In this document: one piece after another, positions 61,173 through 64,000 of the stretch
Numbering within the stretch: position 1 is the stretch's first letter
How the letters are laid out: every line of letters begins with the position of its first letter
Source: Hormiphora californensis
Taxonomy: Eukaryota; Animalia; Ctenophora
Length of the DNA: 64,000 nt
Direction of reading: 5' to 3'
Assembly (NCBI GenBank): GCA_020137815.1
Contig: CM035357.1
Coordinates: 186,001-250,000 of the forward strand
Position numbers and translations under genes: made by a program
Notes under the pieces: model-generated
What the model was told of the DNA's origin: nothing
Databases searched by the model: none
The model's input: only the letters and a program-made list of their open reading frames with translations

Positions 61173-61430
61173 CTGTCAAAACCATCTTAGATGTGGCTTT
61201 GGGATTTCTCGCGGTGGTGAGAGAGAGTTAGTTTCAGACATTGAAAACAAAGGAAACAAAGAATTCGATATTTCGTCGCTTCAAAACCGTCTTACATTTC
61301 CCAGCTGCCCCACACTTCTAACATAGGCACACTTTTTAACCATTTCCAAAACTACCCTCATTTAACCTTTATAGGCACAATTCCCCTGTCTCTACTTTTA
61401 ACATCTCTATCTCCCTCTCTAGGACTCATT

Positions 61431-64000
61431 ATGGCTGATAAGAAGTGTCCTATATCTCGGGCAGAATCAGCCCAGTCAACATGGAAGAAACACCTAACAG
61501 GATATCTCAACGGGATCCCTATCGAGAAGGCCTTCCCATGGAGTAACTTGCTAAACGGTGATGTGTTAACCGTCCAAGCGGCGCTGAAACCAATAACCGC
61601 AGCTGGTCTTACCGGTGATTTCTTTAACAATTTCTTTAAAAAACTCGCCTCAGTGATCCCTAATTCACACTGCCGGAACATCCTCCTTAAGTACTACCTG
61701 GAGTCCATCATCTCTGATCTCCAAGGCCAGGGTGGTTCTGAGCTGCTGGTTACATTGGTGGAGTTTTACCCCCTCGCAGTTCATATGATCCATATCATGT
61801 TTAAGCCCCACTTCCAAGCCCACCTCAAAGTGGGTCAGAGTTTCGAGGAGAGCGAGGTGATCAAGTGGTGTGAGCCCTATCTGAACCACGTCTTTGCAGC
61901 TCGTGACTTTTACCCTGGCTAGTGCCACTGTGGACTTTCTAGCGCAGTTCAAGTTTAGATCTGTTCACTGAGTTTTTATTGGATACCGCCAGCAGACCAC
62001 CCCAGCCTGCCCGATCTGAATACTGGTTGCTCCTTCATAAAATACTAACGGTGGTCGTCCCTCCTGCTACCCCCCCAGCACTAGTTTCCTATAACAAGTA
62101 CAGCTCAGTGCTCTTTTCAGTTATAGCATCCCTACAGACAGGCTCACCCCTCGACCCAGACAGCTTCCTGCAGATATGCCCACCTGTCTCAGAGGACTCG
62201 TTCTATAAGAACGTCTGTTTGACTCCTGGATTAGCGGGCCTAGCTGCCTACACGATCCTAAAATATCCCATCCCCTCCATCCTCCCACACATCTCAGCTC
62301 TGATTTCCATCTCCCATAACTCATCCCTGGCACTGTGTGGCACCCTTCTCTATCCCCTCACCATCATCGGCCGGAACAACCCCCACCTGGCTGAAACAGT
62401 CCAGGACTATGTTGGTAAGATCCTCTCCATGCCTCATGGGGCAGATCGGGACGACTCCTCGGACAGTTATGCAGAGTGTTGCATCACGACAGAGAGCACT
62501 TTCTACGGATTAAAACTGGGGCAGGTTCTAACTGATATTACCTTTGCAAAGGGTACCAGCGATGTAGAGGAACAGTTAGGGTACCTGAAGACACTGACAC
62601 CTGTCACTGCCTCTCTAATGATTCACTGTCTGGTGCTGAAGAAAGACCGGCCATCTAGGAAACTTATCAGCTATCTCGGGCTAGCAGACGACAGTACCAA
62701 TGTTGCTATCCTGACATTCATGCTGATGCACACTCGACTCATTATTGAAGGGAAGTGTCCCCAGACTAAGAAATTCATCTACGTGTACATCCTCTCTTTA
62801 CCTGATCTGTTCCGCAGAGCTTCCATCGGTAATCTCCGTCGAGCTCTAAAGGTCATCTCCAGAAGTGAGGATGTGTTCCTAAACAACGTTTTCTACGAGG
62901 TCTATTTTAACTCTCTCCTGCAACTCTGGATGGATCACGGAGGGGAGGTTGGGGAGAGGTTACTTCATCTCCTACACAACCACACCCCCCGTCAGGTACA
63001 GGTGGTCAGTGTCATTGTGAGGAGGATGTGTGCTAGTGATAGGGAGGTAGAGGAGTATGTGATTGCTAACATTGTAACCAAGAGTCTGTTAAACCATAGC
63101 AACAATGACGTTGTCATTGGCAACGGTATTGACGCCCTTACATTCCTGTGTAAAGTGTCAGGTAATTACCGGTCCTATGAGAGGGTGGTGGAGGTTTACA
63201 TGGATAAATCTGAGAGTGCCAGTATCGCACTACCACTATGTTTCTGGTACAGCGAATACATTGAATACCTGGCATCACTCATGGAGGGATCTGCTCTTGG
63301 TGATATAAGACAGTTTGGACAGACGAGCGAGGCAGCACACAAGGCCTTCTTTGCCAAGACATCAGGGTGTGTTGAGAAACTGTGGCATTTTACCAGGCAC
63401 ATTGACAGTGAAACAGCAGGGATGGCGTATAAGGGTTTGCTGAATTCAGGGCTCTTCTTTTTAACTGATACAGCAGAGGTGATGGATGAGGTGTTGTATT
63501 TGTTCAGTTGTTATGACTACCCTAAATACTCGGAGCAGTTCGTTGCAGGAGTTGATCACTATGGAGTTGAATAAAAACCCACCGACAATTGGAACCAGGT
63601 AGTGGGCCCAACTGGTCTAAGAAGCTGCTAGAGTCCGTCAAGGGTCAGGAGAATAACCCCTGCTCAACCTGTTGTCAACTCCTTGTTTTCCTTCCAAAAA
63701 GTTGTCTTCAACGCAAGTCGTAGATCAACATAAGAAGCAGCTTAACAAGAGTCTCAGCGCTGTTGTTCAAACTATTGGAACGTTCCTGCTGCTAAGTCAA
63801 TCATTATTTGACTCTGTGTATTCGATGGGATTCAGTTAGTTGAGGGATGGTGTCACTTTTATGACTCAGTACCTTGATGCGATCATTTCCACCCCGACCT
63901 ACCAGAACGCACCCTCGAACCGCAACTGTACAAACCTATGGAACAGAAGCTTACTGACGCCAAACGAAAAGGTGAAGGATGAGGTCCAACAGCATCTAGC
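61431..64000 (+). CDS. Large helical-repeat protein, focadhesin/RST1-like; frame breaks near 61920-61980 and after 63570; runs off the window
   Basis: Long Leu-rich helical ORFs. CVEKLWHFTRHIDSETAGMAYKGL resembles focadhesin (LSFLWTHTQNKD..VANAAYRSL, recalled from memory). Confidence 0.5.

Noticed and set aside
61920-63600. Programmed frameshift or readthrough in the focadhesin-like gene
   Set aside because: The assembly has many indel-rich segments, so sequencing error or a short unrecognised intron is more parsimonious.

Overview
This is animal (metazoan) genomic DNA. The compact introns, antisense nested genes and splice acceptors just upstream of ATGs look ctenophore-like, but that is inference. 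It is a draft assembly, with a 100-N gap at 25176-25275 and several noisy stretches. The genes are as follows. (1) A minus-strand BTB-BACK-Kelch gene runs from 15692 to the left edge, with a secreted multi-pacifastin-domain protease-inhibitor gene nested antisense in its intron 3. (2) An ABTB1-like gene lies head-to-head with it. (3) A second copy of this whole block sits at ~25.3-39.8 kb and is probably the other haplotype. (4) CFAP36 (40538-54673, minus) has a large intron holding a 6.8-kb palindromic Penelope retroelement and a nested small secreted-protein gene. (5) The right end carries a secreted orphan, an ABHD-type hydrolase with Cys at the nucleophile position, and a focadhesin-like gene. 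Mobile DNA includes an intact CR1-type LINE, two head-to-head Penelope palindromes with hammerhead motifs, and Chapaev-, piggyBac-, MULE-, Helitron- and DINE-1/Helentron-like non-autonomous elements. The most striking signal is intronic tandem arrays built from copies of a real exon/intron junction: ~130 x 38 bp at a Kelch donor and 4 copies at a CFAP36 acceptor. They cannot be translated as arrays, yet they vary almost only at synonymous codon positions of the exon. Smaller splice-signal duplications occur at many other junctions.
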